Of a stretch of DNA of 64,000 bases, positions 18,565 through 28,147 are shown in pieces; the first letter of the stretch is position 1, and each line of letters starts with the position of its first letter. The notes under the pieces are model-generated. The model ran no database searches. It was not told the DNA's origin and was given only the letters and a program-made list of their open reading frames with translations. The stretch lies in the NCBI GenBank assembly GCA_028279245.1, contig JANQOE010000128.1, positions 45,573 to 109,572 of the forward strand, written 5' to 3'. The stretch comes from Alphaproteobacteria bacterium. Its GTDB lineage: Bacteria > Pseudomonadota > Alphaproteobacteria > UBA6615. The position numbers were made by a program, and so were the translations under genes.

Positions 18565-19358
18565 GAGTCCACGTTGGCCGGTGCGGGAAAAAGGGTGTTG
18601 GTCCGGCCGAGCAGTCGATAGGCGAGTAACCCGACCCATTCCCGCGTCGCCCAATCCAACTCGTTTAGATGGCCGCCCAACCAAAACCCCGGGCGAAGCC
18701 GCGCCGAGGTATTGAAGTCGACAGGCAGAGGCAGAACCGGCCACCCGAGGGCCCTGAAGACCCCGACCGACCGTGGCAAATGCGAGGCAGAGGTGACTAA
18801 CACCCAGGTCTCACCGGGCTTCGGCTGCACCAATCGCTGGCTGAGTACCCCGTTCTCGTAGGTGTTGCGAGACTCGTCTTCATAGGTCAAGCGGGCTGGG
18901 TCAAGCCCCAACTCGCCGAACACCTGGGCGGCAATAGCCGCTTCCGTTATCGGTGCTCCCAGCAACGCGCCCGAGCCACCGGTGAACACCAAGCGCGCGT
19001 CCGGATAAGCCCGCGCCAACCGAACCAGGGTCGTCAGTCGCTCGGCGCGATGGTTGAGCGCTGGCTGCCCATGTTCGACCGTCAGCTCCGCCTGAACCGA
19101 TCCACCCAGAACGACGATGCCATCGATTGACGCGGGCAGATCAGGGACCGGAAACCGCGTCTCCAATGGTCGCAGGACCAATCCACCGATCGGCACCAAC
19201 GCGACAAACGTCAACACGCCGGCGGCAGTGGTGGTCAGCAGATTGCTAAACCGGCGGCGGCCCAGCCGACGAAGTATAAGACCCACCAACAGCATTAGGA
19301 TCAGCAGGTTGCTGGGTTGAATGACCGTCCAGATCACTTTCGAGAGTATGAAGGTCAC
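18561..19358 (-). CDS. YdcF/ElyC/SanA (DUF218) membrane protein
   Basis: PLETRFP, GIVVLGG, FTGGSG, SRNTYEN and LVTSASHLPRS. Confidence 0.9.
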   Translation of the reverse strand: MTFILSKVIWTVIQPSNLLILMLLVGLILRRLGRRRFSNLLTTTAAGVLTFVALVPIGGLVLRPLETRFPVPDLPASIDGIVVLGGSVQAELTVEHGQPALNHRAERLTTLVRLARAYPDARLVFTGGSGALLGAPITEAAIAAQVFGELGLDPARLTYEDESRNTYENGVLSQRLVQPKPGETWVLVTSASHLPRSVGVFRALGWPVLPLPVDFNTSARLRPGFWLGGHLNELDWATREWVGLLAYRLLGRTNTLFPAPANVDS

Positions 19359-19504
19359 ACGTCGCCCAACGCCGAGACTGTAGAAGGCGCCTCTGATATC
19401 GCACCCCTGTATTCCGCGAAAGATATTCGATGACTCGCTGCTCCCTTTCCGTTTGAGTGCAGGGACCAAAGAAACAGAACAATCGCTAGGGGCAGTGGCG
19501 CGCA

Positions 19505-20293
19505 ATGAACGGTGATCAGACTGTGCAGCAGGGCTATGCTGCCGGCACCTTGCTTTGCATTGAAGGGGAGGTCAGCGATCGGGTCGGGCGTTTATTGTCC
19601 GGCGAAATCGGCGTCCTAAAGCGCCACGCCGAGCAGGAGATCACAATCGGTACGATCCGGCGGGGCGAGTATTTCGGGGAGATGGGCGTACTCGAGGGGC
19701 GTCCGCGCAGTGCGACCCTGCGCGCCATCGGCCCCGTGACGGTCGAGTACATGTCGCCGGAAACCTTCCTCCGTCGGATCAGCGCCGACCCCACCATGGC
19801 GCTCGATTTGCTCGTCCGGATGAGCAACCGCCTGCGTCATACCGATATCGCTTTGACCGCGGCCATCACCGGGGTCGTGCCGCCGTCCGCAGAGACCGCA
19901 TCGCCGCAACAGTCATCCCCACCGGGCGTACGCCTCCGCGCCGATAGTGATCGCGTGCAGGATTTGCTGCCCGCGGAGGGGCACGAGATCACGGCTCTGC
20001 CGTTCTTCTTCGGCCGCGTCCCGTCGGCCGATGAGACCCCGCCGCCACTGTCGATCGACTTCACCGTGGCTGATACCGCGCCGTTCCGCCTGGCCACAGT
20101 CCACTTTGCCGTCGTGCGCGATGACGGCGCCGTCACGGTCAAGGATTTCGGCACCGAGTTCGGGACTGTGGTCGACGGCACCTTGCTCGGCGGCGACATC
20201 GGCCGCCAAACCCTCCGGCTCGACCCCGGTGTCCATCGGATCGTCGCGGGCGGCGAGGGGTCGCCCTTCGCCTTCCAGCTTCACGTCGACTAA
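19505..20293 (+). CDS. Cyclic-nucleotide-binding + FHA-like domain protein
   Basis: GEYFGEMG...RPRSAT (CNB phosphate cassette); C-terminal FGR...HF...D.G...GT.V.G. Confidence 0.8.
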   Translation: MNGDQTVQQGYAAGTLLCIEGEVSDRVGRLLSGEIGVLKRHAEQEITIGTIRRGEYFGEMGVLEGRPRSATLRAIGPVTVEYMSPETFLRRISADPTMALDLLVRMSNRLRHTDIALTAAITGVVPPSAETASPQQSSPPGVRLRADSDRVQDLLPAEGHEITALPFFFGRVPSADETPPPLSIDFTVADTAPFRLATVHFAVVRDDGAVTVKDFGTEFGTVVDGTLLGGDIGRQTLRLDPGVHRIVAGGEGSPFAFQLHVD

Positions 20294-20301
20294 GGACCCC
20301 A

Positions 20302-21438
20302 ATGGCGGAGCCACTGAAGAATCTCTTCAATGCGGAGGTCATCGGCCATGTCGGCGATCACCTGGCGAAGGCTTGGGACGGTTTCGACCGGGTTGGCTTT
20401 GTCAAAGCCGCGGCAACCAACTTGGACGCACTTGAACTAAAGCAGCGCTCGAACCAGATCGAGGCAGCTCTCGAACGCTACCTGCCCGATGACTTCCCGA
20501 CGGCGACCGACATCATCCTCCAAAGCCTGCATCCGGACGAAGACGCCGGAACGACACCGGTCGCGGGCGAGGCCGGCATCGCCGGATGGGCCATCATGCC
20601 CATCAGCGGCTACGTCGGCCGTCACGGCGTCGGCCATTTGGATCTAGCGCTCGACGTCATGCGCGAGCTGACCAAGCGCCTGACCGCGGAGTTCGGCATT
20701 CGCTTCCTGATTCTGGCGGACCCGGATCGCTGCCTGGCGAAATTGCGGGGTTGGACCGACGACCCCAATCGCCACGTGCGCCGCCTGGTGTCGGAGGGCA
20801 CCCGGCCCCGACTACCCTGGACGCCGCAGTTGCCCATGTTCATAGCCGATCCCGCGCCCTTGTTGCCGCTGTTGACCGCCCTCCGCGACGACTCGGAGGA
20901 ATATGTACGCCGTTCCGTTGCCAACAACCTGAACGACATTGCCAAGGACCACCCCGATTTAGTCGCTGACCTCGCCGCGGATTGGCTCGCCGATGCACCA
21001 GAACCGCGCCAGCGTCTGGTCCGCCACGCCTGCCGCACCCTAATAAAGGCGGCCCATCCCGGCGCCCTCGCAGCCCTCGGCTACCGCGCGGCCAAGCTGA
21101 CGGACGTCGAATTACGCATCGACACACCGGTCGTCGATTTCGGCACGGCCTTAGAGTTTAGTCTTGAGTTCCGGGCCGGTGGCAAGGCGCAGCAGGACAT
21201 GCTGATCGACTACGTGGTTCATCATCAGAAAGCCAATGGGCAGCTGACGCCGAAGGTCTTCAAGTGGAAGACAATGCGCACCAAGCCCGGCGAAACCGTG
21301 GCGATGCGCCGCCGTCATGCAATGCGCCCGATCACGACGCGGGTGTATTATCCTGGAACACATCGGCTGGAAGTGCAGGTCAACGGTGTTACCGTTGCTG
21401 GTGCGGATTTCCGTTTGGAAATGCCGGAGGGGACCTAA
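20302..21438 (+). CDS. alkC: AlkC-type HEAT-like-repeat DNA glycosylase with C-terminal Ig-like domain
   Basis: AEFGIR, RRLVSEGTRPRLPW, YVRRSVANNLNDIAKDHP and TTRVYYPG.H. Confidence 0.8.
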   Translation: MAEPLKNLFNAEVIGHVGDHLAKAWDGFDRVGFVKAAATNLDALELKQRSNQIEAALERYLPDDFPTATDIILQSLHPDEDAGTTPVAGEAGIAGWAIMPISGYVGRHGVGHLDLALDVMRELTKRLTAEFGIRFLILADPDRCLAKLRGWTDDPNRHVRRLVSEGTRPRLPWTPQLPMFIADPAPLLPLLTALRDDSEEYVRRSVANNLNDIAKDHPDLVADLAADWLADAPEPRQRLVRHACRTLIKAAHPGALAALGYRAAKLTDVELRIDTPVVDFGTALEFSLEFRAGGKAQQDMLIDYVVHHQKANGQLTPKVFKWKTMRTKPGETVAMRRRHAMRPITTRVYYPGTHRLEVQVNGVTVAGADFRLEMPEGT

Positions 21439-21482
21439 ATCTGGCTCATGGGCGGTACTTCAACACAGCGCTGTGGTGAGCG

Positions 21483-21758
21483 ATGACCCCGCGGCGCCTC
21501 GGCACACTGGCCATCCTTGCGGTGCTGGGACTCATCGCAGCGTCCGGTGCGACCCTGGTCCAGTATGGCAGCCTGCATCCGTGCGCCTGGTTGCGCGTCG
21601 ACGCCGCACAGGAATCCAGCCTACCGGCGCCGATCGTCGAAACCCGGCTGCGGGCCGCATTCCTGCTGCGCGGCATAACCGACCCCGGCCCGTCCGATTG
21701 CATCACCGAGTGGTGGCGCGTCCGTCAGCGCGGCTTGCCGCAGGTCGATCCCTCCTGA
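21483..21758 (+). CDS. Small membrane-anchored hypothetical protein
   Basis: N-terminal TM, two Cys (PC...C..WW), operon position. Confidence 0.55.
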   Translation: MTPRRLGTLAILAVLGLIAASGATLVQYGSLHPCAWLRVDAAQESSLPAPIVETRLRAAFLLRGITDPGPSDCITEWWRVRQRGLPQVDPS

Positions 21759-21773
21759 GAACATGAGCATCCA

Positions 21774-22220
21774 GTGGCATTCGAGACAAGAGCACTTCGC
21801 CAAGACGACCGCACCGACTGGCAGGAGCTATGGCGCGCCTACCTGACGTTCTACGAAACCGAACTGCCGGACAAGATCTACGACCTGACCTGGCGGCGTC
21901 TGCTGACAACGGGCGAGGACCCGTCCGGTTGCTGCGCTGTCGATGAGACTGGCAAGCTGATTGGCATCGTCCACTACATCTTCCATCGGTCCTGCTGGAC
22001 GGAAGGTCCGTATTGCTATCTGCAGGACCTTTTCGTCTCGGCGGACGCGCGCGGCGGCGGTATTGGACGCGCATTGATCGATGCCGTGACCGAAGCTGCG
22101 GCGGCGCAAAATGCCCCCCAAGTGTACTGGTTAACCCAGCACTTCAATGCCCCGGCACGCGCCTTGTACGACCAGGTGGCAACCGAAACGCCGTTCATCA
22201 AATATCTTAAGTCGCTCTGA
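21774..22220 (+). CDS. GNAT N-acetyltransferase
   Basis: CYLQDLFV...RGGGIGRALI and N..ARALYD. Confidence 0.9.
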   Translation: MAFETRALRQDDRTDWQELWRAYLTFYETELPDKIYDLTWRRLLTTGEDPSGCCAVDETGKLIGIVHYIFHRSCWTEGPYCYLQDLFVSADARGGGIGRALIDAVTEAAAAQNAPQVYWLTQHFNAPARALYDQVATETPFIKYLKSL

Positions 22221-22287
22221 CAAACCGAGTAGGCCGTATCGCACGGTCTGGCCTTCCGTGACACATCATGACAGTCCTGCATTGTAG

Positions 22288-22305
22288 CTGTCATAAAAGT
22301 GTCAT
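22288..22305 (+). promoter_or_regulatory. Pho box (PhoB site)
   Basis: CTGTCAT-AAAA-GTGTCAT versus the consensus CTGTCAT-A(A/T)A(A/T)-CTGTCA(C/T). Confidence 0.8.
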
Positions 22306-22461
22306 ATTCTCTTAACCCAACGTCGCAACTTTCTGCGCGGGGCAGGCATCCGGACACGCGTTCGTTTTGGATGCCGAGCTTTGTCTCGGCGGGCAACGCG
22401 TTCGATTCGCCAGTATCTGCTCGCACCTAGCAACAACCTGCGACTTAGGTAGGAGGAAATA

Positions 22462-23829
22462 ATGTACAAGACTACGGCTGCAGCTATCTCTGCTCTTCTT
22501 GCGGCATCCGCAGTATTCGCCCCGGCGGGCAATGAAGCATCCGCTCAGGAAAACATCGAACTGACTCTGTGGTCCCGGCCGGACAACTCCGGTCCGCTGC
22601 GCCCAGGCAACATAGTCAAGGGCGCGGAGCGGCTGAACGAAGTTCTCGCCAGCGAAGGTGCTGACTATCGGGTCAGCATCAACGTACAGGAAGTGCCGGG
22701 TGAGGGCGGTTTCGACAGCGATGCCGAACGCCTGTTGCGCGCCTTTGCCGTCGGCGAGGGGCCGGACATGTTCATCGCCGCGCACGAGTACGTTTGCACG
22801 TTCGCCGAACCGGGCTTCGCCTGGGACATGACTGACTACATCGACGCCAATCCAGATCTGTTCGGCGACATTTTCGAATCACTGTGGGCCTCCACCGAGT
22901 GTGGCGGGCGGAAGTTCGCGGTACCGCAGGACGCCGAGGCCCGGATGTTCTTCTTCAACAAGAACCTGATGCGCGAGGCCGGCTTCGACGAAGAGTTCAT
23001 CGAGAGCCTCGACGATCGGGTGATGGCTGGCGAAGTGACGATGGACGGGATCGCCGACGTTGCCAAGCAGGTGGTTGACAACACGAGCGCCGAGTTCGGC
23101 ATCTTCCACCGCCCGAGCCGTGGTCCGGACTACATCATGGTCTTCAACCAATACGGCAACAGCTTCCTCGACAATGAAACCGGTGCCTTGCTGCTGGAAC
23201 GCGACAAGCTCGCCGAGGCCTATGGCTGGTTCGAGCGCGGTGTCGAGAAGGGCGTTATTGCGGCAAACAACACGTCGCTCGAATGGGATTTCATCCGCGA
23301 TCAGTTCTATGCCGAAGGCAATGCGGCGATGTGGATGTACGGCATCTGGGATCTCGGTTCCAACGCCTTCCCGCGCGGTGTGCCGAGTGAGAAGGATGCC
23401 TTCTTTGAGCAGTTCGGCTGGACCGCGGCCCCGGCCGCTGTCGAAGGCGGACAGCCCGGCAGCCTGACTCACCCGATCGTCTACGCGGTGGCTGAGGGCG
23501 AGCATGCCGAGTTGGCGGCACGTGTGATCGGCTTCGCCTCAGCGGCGGATCTGAACACGGACCACGCGGTGACGACGACGCATCTCGGGATCGCCAAGTC
23601 ACAACAGGATGACCCGAGGTATCAGGAGGCTTGGACGCTAGCCCTGTCGACGCCATTGCTAGACATCACCAAGTTCATCCCCAACCACGCCGACTTCGGT
23701 GTTCTGAACCAGATCCTCTATGAGGGCCTGCAAGGTGTCGAGCTGGGCCGTTTGTCTTCGAAGGAAGCAGCCGAGTTCGTGATCGAAGAAGCGGAAGCGC
23801 GCATCCCGGACAGCATCGTCGTCCAGTAG
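22462..23829 (+). CDS. Carbohydrate-family (CUT1) ABC substrate-binding protein
   Basis: AGGAGG RBS, signal peptide, GPDM and PQDAEAR..FFNK. Confidence 0.85.
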   Translation: MYKTTAAAISALLAASAVFAPAGNEASAQENIELTLWSRPDNSGPLRPGNIVKGAERLNEVLASEGADYRVSINVQEVPGEGGFDSDAERLLRAFAVGEGPDMFIAAHEYVCTFAEPGFAWDMTDYIDANPDLFGDIFESLWASTECGGRKFAVPQDAEARMFFFNKNLMREAGFDEEFIESLDDRVMAGEVTMDGIADVAKQVVDNTSAEFGIFHRPSRGPDYIMVFNQYGNSFLDNETGALLLERDKLAEAYGWFERGVEKGVIAANNTSLEWDFIRDQFYAEGNAAMWMYGIWDLGSNAFPRGVPSEKDAFFEQFGWTAAPAAVEGGQPGSLTHPIVYAVAEGEHAELAARVIGFASAADLNTDHAVTTTHLGIAKSQQDDPRYQEAWTLALSTPLLDITKFIPNHADFGVLNQILYEGLQGVELGRLSSKEAAEFVIEEAEARIPDSIVVQ

Positions 23830-23848
23830 GCGCGTAGCGTTTCGGCAG

Positions 23849-23882
23849 CGGCGGGAAAGGCGCACCAGCGCCGCTCCCGCCG
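23849..23882 (+). other. Stem-loop after the SBP gene
   Basis: Nested stems cggcggga/tcccgccg and ggcgc/gcgcc. Confidence 0.6.
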
Positions 23883-23926
23883 TCCGCCGCGACCTCCGCT
23901 CACGACAACACTGCAAGGCACCTGAA

Positions 23927-24877
23927 TTGTCAGCACTAACCGAAGACATCGGCACGCGCACTGCGGCAGCGCGATCGATGCGCAACCGCCAGATCACCAA
24001 CTACATCGTCTTTCTCGGGCCGGCCGGCGTCATTGTCCTGCTGTTTTTTGTCATGCCGGTCCTTGTCGATATCGGCATCGCGTTCACCGATATGGGACGC
24101 GACCTGCAAGTCACGAAATTCACGCTCCGCAACTTCGAACGTGCCTTCACCGGCGACTCGCGCCTGCCGAAAGTCATCAGTCTGACGTTCATCTACGTCT
24201 TCTTCACGCTGGCGATTTTCAACGTAACCTTCGGCCTGGTCCTTGCACTGACCACGACGGCTATCCCGAAAGGTGGCGGTTTCTTCCGCTCCGTCTGGCT
24301 GATGCCGAGGATGAGCCCATCCGTCGTCTATATCGTACTCTGGATTTGGGCGGTCCACGGCGGCGAAGCCAGCCTCGTCAACCAAATCGCCATGAACGTG
24401 TTCGGGGTCGAGAAGCCGCTCGACCTTCTGTCGAACACGCCGGTGATGCTGATCATCCTGTCGAACGGCTTCATCGGCGCCTCCTTCGGCATGATCATCC
24501 TGACCTCCGCAATCCGCGGCATCCCGGATCATCTGTTCTACGCCGCGAAAGCCGATGGTGCCGGCAGCCTGTCGATCGTCCGGCACATCGTCATGCCGGC
24601 CCTAAGGTGGCCGCTGACCTACATCACGATCTGGCAGACACTGTCATTGTTGGTCAGCTTTGAGTACATCATCCTGCTGACCGGCGGCGGGCCGTTCCAG
24701 GACACCACGGTCTACGCGCTGTACGTTTACCGGCGCACCTTCCAAAGCGGCCAATACGCCTATGGCGCCGCCCTCGCGTTGTTCCTGATCATTCCCGGCA
24801 TCCTGATCGCCATCTCCGCCTGGCGCTTCACCAACATGCAGCAACTGCTGCAGCGGCCTCGGATCGAGGTGCAGTAG
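23927..24877 (+). CDS. CUT1 ABC permease
   Basis: AAKADGA EAA loop and LTGGGP. Confidence 0.9.
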   Translation: MSALTEDIGTRTAAARSMRNRQITNYIVFLGPAGVIVLLFFVMPVLVDIGIAFTDMGRDLQVTKFTLRNFERAFTGDSRLPKVISLTFIYVFFTLAIFNVTFGLVLALTTTAIPKGGGFFRSVWLMPRMSPSVVYIVLWIWAVHGGEASLVNQIAMNVFGVEKPLDLLSNTPVMLIILSNGFIGASFGMIILTSAIRGIPDHLFYAAKADGAGSLSIVRHIVMPALRWPLTYITIWQTLSLLVSFEYIILLTGGGPFQDTTVYALYVYRRTFQSGQYAYGAALALFLIIPGILIAISAWRFTNMQQLLQRPRIEVQ

Positions 24878-25981
24878 ATGGCCGCCACCACCATGAACAG
24901 CATGCCGTCGACCGGCCAGAGCCACTGGGACCGGCTCGCCGCCAGGGCCCGCATGCAGCGGCGTTTCAGCGATGTTGCGCTCTACGCATTTCTGATCGTC
25001 GTTTCGCTGCCCATCATCGTCACCTACTTCTGGCTGTTGACCCTGTCCTTTTCGGCTGGCCGGGGGGAAATCAACACTGACGTCCTCTGGCCGTCATTGT
25101 TCATTCTGACCCCGGCTCTGGTCGCCCTTTGGATCTGGGGCGCCGTCGCCAAGGATCGCCGGCAAGCCTTCATCGGGTGGGGGCTCATACTTGCCGGCAC
25201 CATCATCCTGTATTTCTCTCTGCTAGGCGATCAGCTCCATTTGGAGGGCTATCGGTTCCTGGTCGACCCTGACTTCAATCGGCTGAATGAGTCCGTCGTC
25301 GCCGGTGACAAACTGAGCTACAGCGCGACGGCGTTCCCGTCCGTTTGGGTCGCCTTCCGGAACTCACTGTTCGTTGCGGGCGCCCAGACAGTTATCGTTT
25401 GCACGGTCGCCAGCCTCGCCGGCTATTACATTTCCCGGTTCCAGTTCCCGCTGCGCAATTCGATGCTGCGGGCGATGCTCGTCCTACACGCGTTTCCGAC
25501 CTACACCCTGGTCGTCCCGCTGTTCATCATCCTCTGGTATGTCGGCCTGCTGGACTCGCTCGTTGGCGTGATGCTGGTTCTGGTCGGCATCGAACTACCG
25601 TTCGCCGTGTTCATCATGAAGGGCTTCTACGACGCCGTGCCCTGGGAAGTCGAAATGAGCGCCCTGGCTGACGGCGCCACCCGCATGCAGACCTATGTTC
25701 GGGTGGTTCTGCCACAGGTCACCAACGGATTGATTGCGGTGACGGTGTTCTCCTTCATCCGCGGTTGGGAAGAGTACATCTTCATGGTGACCTTCCTGAT
25801 CAAGAATACGAATTGGACGATGAGCCTCTACATGTTCTTCGTCACGGAAGAAAACTCGCTCGGTATTGACTTCGCATTGGTATCCGCGGTCGCGGTCTTC
25901 TACGTGATACCGAGCCTCATCATGTACACGGTCGCCCAGAAGTATCTGATGCAAATGTCCGTAAGTGGGGTGAAGGGATAA
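24878..25981 (+). CDS. CUT1 ABC permease
   Basis: VPWEVEMSALADGA loop; multiple TMs. Confidence 0.9.
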   Translation: MAATTMNSMPSTGQSHWDRLAARARMQRRFSDVALYAFLIVVSLPIIVTYFWLLTLSFSAGRGEINTDVLWPSLFILTPALVALWIWGAVAKDRRQAFIGWGLILAGTIILYFSLLGDQLHLEGYRFLVDPDFNRLNESVVAGDKLSYSATAFPSVWVAFRNSLFVAGAQTVIVCTVASLAGYYISRFQFPLRNSMLRAMLVLHAFPTYTLVVPLFIILWYVGLLDSLVGVMLVLVGIELPFAVFIMKGFYDAVPWEVEMSALADGATRMQTYVRVVLPQVTNGLIAVTVFSFIRGWEEYIFMVTFLIKNTNWTMSLYMFFVTEENSLGIDFALVSAVAVFYVIPSLIMYTVAQKYLMQMSVSGVKG

Positions 25982-27063
25982 TGGCCAGGATTGAATTCAA
26001 GAACATCGAAAAGCGATTTGACGATGTCGTCGTTATTCCTGGCATGGACCTGGTCATCAACGACGGAGAGTTCGTCGCGCTCTTAGGCCCGTCTGGCTGC
26101 GGCAAATCAACCAGCCTCTTCATGCTCGCAGGCATCTATCTTCCGTCCGGCGGAGATTTGCTATTCGACGAGCACCGCGTGAATGAGGTCGAGGCCCGCG
26201 ACCGGAACGTCGGCATTGTCTTCCAGTCCTACGCGCTCTACCCCCACATGACGGTGCGCGATAATATCCGGTTCCCGCTCCGCTTCAAGAAGGTGCCCGA
26301 TGCGGAGGCTAAGCGCCGCGTGCGCGAGGCCGCCGAGTTGGTGCAAGTCGCCGAGTTGATGAACCGCCGGCCAAGCCAGCTTTCCGGTGGTCAACAACAA
26401 CGCGTCGCGCTCGCCCGCGCCCTAGTCAAGGACCCCCAACTGCTGCTTCTCGATGAGCCCCTGTCGAACCTCGATGCCACCCTCCGCCTGACGATGCGGA
26501 CCGAAATCAAGGCGCTGCAAGAGCGGCTGGGTGTAACGACCATTCTCGTCACCCACGACCAACTTGAAGCGACGACCATGGCCGATCGCATCATCTGTAT
26601 GCGTGAAGGGGAGATCGAGCAGATCGGCTCACCCGATGATTTGTATTTGCGGCCGGAGACACTGTTCGTGGCTGGCTTCATCGGCTCACCACCGATCAAC
26701 ATCCTCCATGGCCAAGTCGACAGTGAGAAGCTGCGCGTTGGTGAGGCAGTCGCGCCTCTCGTTGGGGTCGGGAATGGGCCGTTTTCCATTGGGCTGCGGC
26801 CGGAGCACCTCGAGTTCGGTGACAGCGGCGTGCCTGCGCGGGTGATCCAGACCGAGCCGATGGGGCGGGAGATCCTGTACGTCGCGGAAAGCCCCCTGGG
26901 CCTGATCCGCGTGCTCGAATCGGGGTCTCAGGTGAACCATCGGATCGGCGAGGAAACCCGCATCGCCTTTGACCCGTCGAACACCCTGCTGTTTGAGGAA
27001 GCCACAGGTCGCCGGCTCGACGGCGCACACTTCCACCTCAACACCACGGCGCGAGCCGCCTAG
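25981..27063 (+). CDS. MalK/UgpC-type ABC ATPase
   Basis: GPSGCGKS, FQSYALYPHM, LSGGQQQR and DEPLSNLD. Confidence 0.92.
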   Translation: MARIEFKNIEKRFDDVVVIPGMDLVINDGEFVALLGPSGCGKSTSLFMLAGIYLPSGGDLLFDEHRVNEVEARDRNVGIVFQSYALYPHMTVRDNIRFPLRFKKVPDAEAKRRVREAAELVQVAELMNRRPSQLSGGQQQRVALARALVKDPQLLLLDEPLSNLDATLRLTMRTEIKALQERLGVTTILVTHDQLEATTMADRIICMREGEIEQIGSPDDLYLRPETLFVAGFIGSPPINILHGQVDSEKLRVGEAVAPLVGVGNGPFSIGLRPEHLEFGDSGVPARVIQTEPMGREILYVAESPLGLIRVLESGSQVNHRIGEETRIAFDPSNTLLFEEATGRRLDGAHFHLNTTARAA

Positions 27064-27071
27064 GAACCCGC

Positions 27072-27878
27072 ATGTTCGAACTCCTCGCCTCGAAGTCCGG
27101 CCACGTTCATGTCTGCGGCCATCGCGGCCATTCCATCGGCGCGCCGGAAAACACCATGGCGGCCTTCCGTCAGACCAAGGAACTGGGTGGGACGTCGTGC
27201 GAGATCGACATCGTGATGAGCAAGGACGGCGAAATCGTCGTCCTACACGACATCACCCTCGACCGGACCACCAATGGACGCGGCCTCGCCGCCGACCATA
27301 CCGCCACCGAGATCGTCGCGCTCGATGCCGGCAGTTCCTTCTCCGCCGACTACGCCGGTGAGCCCGTGCCGCTGCTCCGCGACACGCTCTTCTATGCCAA
27401 GGAAGAGGACATGGGGTTGCATATCGAGATCAAGGACAGCCGCAACGAGGACGCGCTGATCGCTCGGCTCGGCGAATTGCTCGCGGAAACGGCGGCTGCC
27501 GATCAAGTCGTGGTGATCTCCTTCGATCACAAGCAGCTCTTGAAGGCCAAGGCGCGCATACCCGGCGTCCGTACCGAGGGCATCACCCACGCCCGCCATG
27601 CTGATCCGCGAGGTCTAGTCCGCACCGCTAAGCTGGATTCCGTATCGGTCGAATTGGGCCGTTTCTATGCGGAAGACGCCGAGGCTATCCATGCCGCTGG
27701 TGCCGCCATCCGCTTTCACCTGCCCGCGCCCAGCAAGCTGAGCGCCGTCGAACGCTACGGTTGGGACATCCGTGCCGAAGTGGGCGAGCTACTGCGCAAA
27801 GGGTACATCGATAGCGTTTCCGGCGACGACGTCGCCTACCTGCGCCGCCTGGTCGACGACTTTCCCATCGAGAGCTGA
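27072..27878 (+). CDS. Glycerophosphodiester phosphodiesterase (UgpQ-like)
   Basis: HRG, ENT..AF, EID...DG..VV.HD..L.RTT and IEIK. Confidence 0.9.
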   Translation: MFELLASKSGHVHVCGHRGHSIGAPENTMAAFRQTKELGGTSCEIDIVMSKDGEIVVLHDITLDRTTNGRGLAADHTATEIVALDAGSSFSADYAGEPVPLLRDTLFYAKEEDMGLHIEIKDSRNEDALIARLGELLAETAAADQVVVISFDHKQLLKAKARIPGVRTEGITHARHADPRGLVRTAKLDSVSVELGRFYAEDAEAIHAAGAAIRFHLPAPSKLSAVERYGWDIRAEVGELLRKGYIDSVSGDDVAYLRRLVDDFPIES

Positions 27879-28147
27879 ACCCGGCCCCGGGCGACGTCCA
27901 TCAGGGCCGTCGCCTGTCGGATCATCTCCAATATACCCTGGACCCGTAGCACCGGCTCCCCAGCAGAGGCCGGGCTAAACCAAGAGCTTGCGTCGAGCTG
28001 ACTGATCAAGGCGGCCATCAGGCTGCGAGCGGCCGGTGCTATTACCTCATGCCCCCTTGGTCGACCGCCGAGCTACTTATCACACCGCGGTACTGCGGTA
28101 TGATGACCCTCACACACATCCTGGGGTGCCCATGCTAGTCAGCTCGA

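Noticed and set aside
27890-27914. Rho-independent terminator after the GDPD gene
   Set aside because: A GC stem is present but there is no U-tract; function unsupported.
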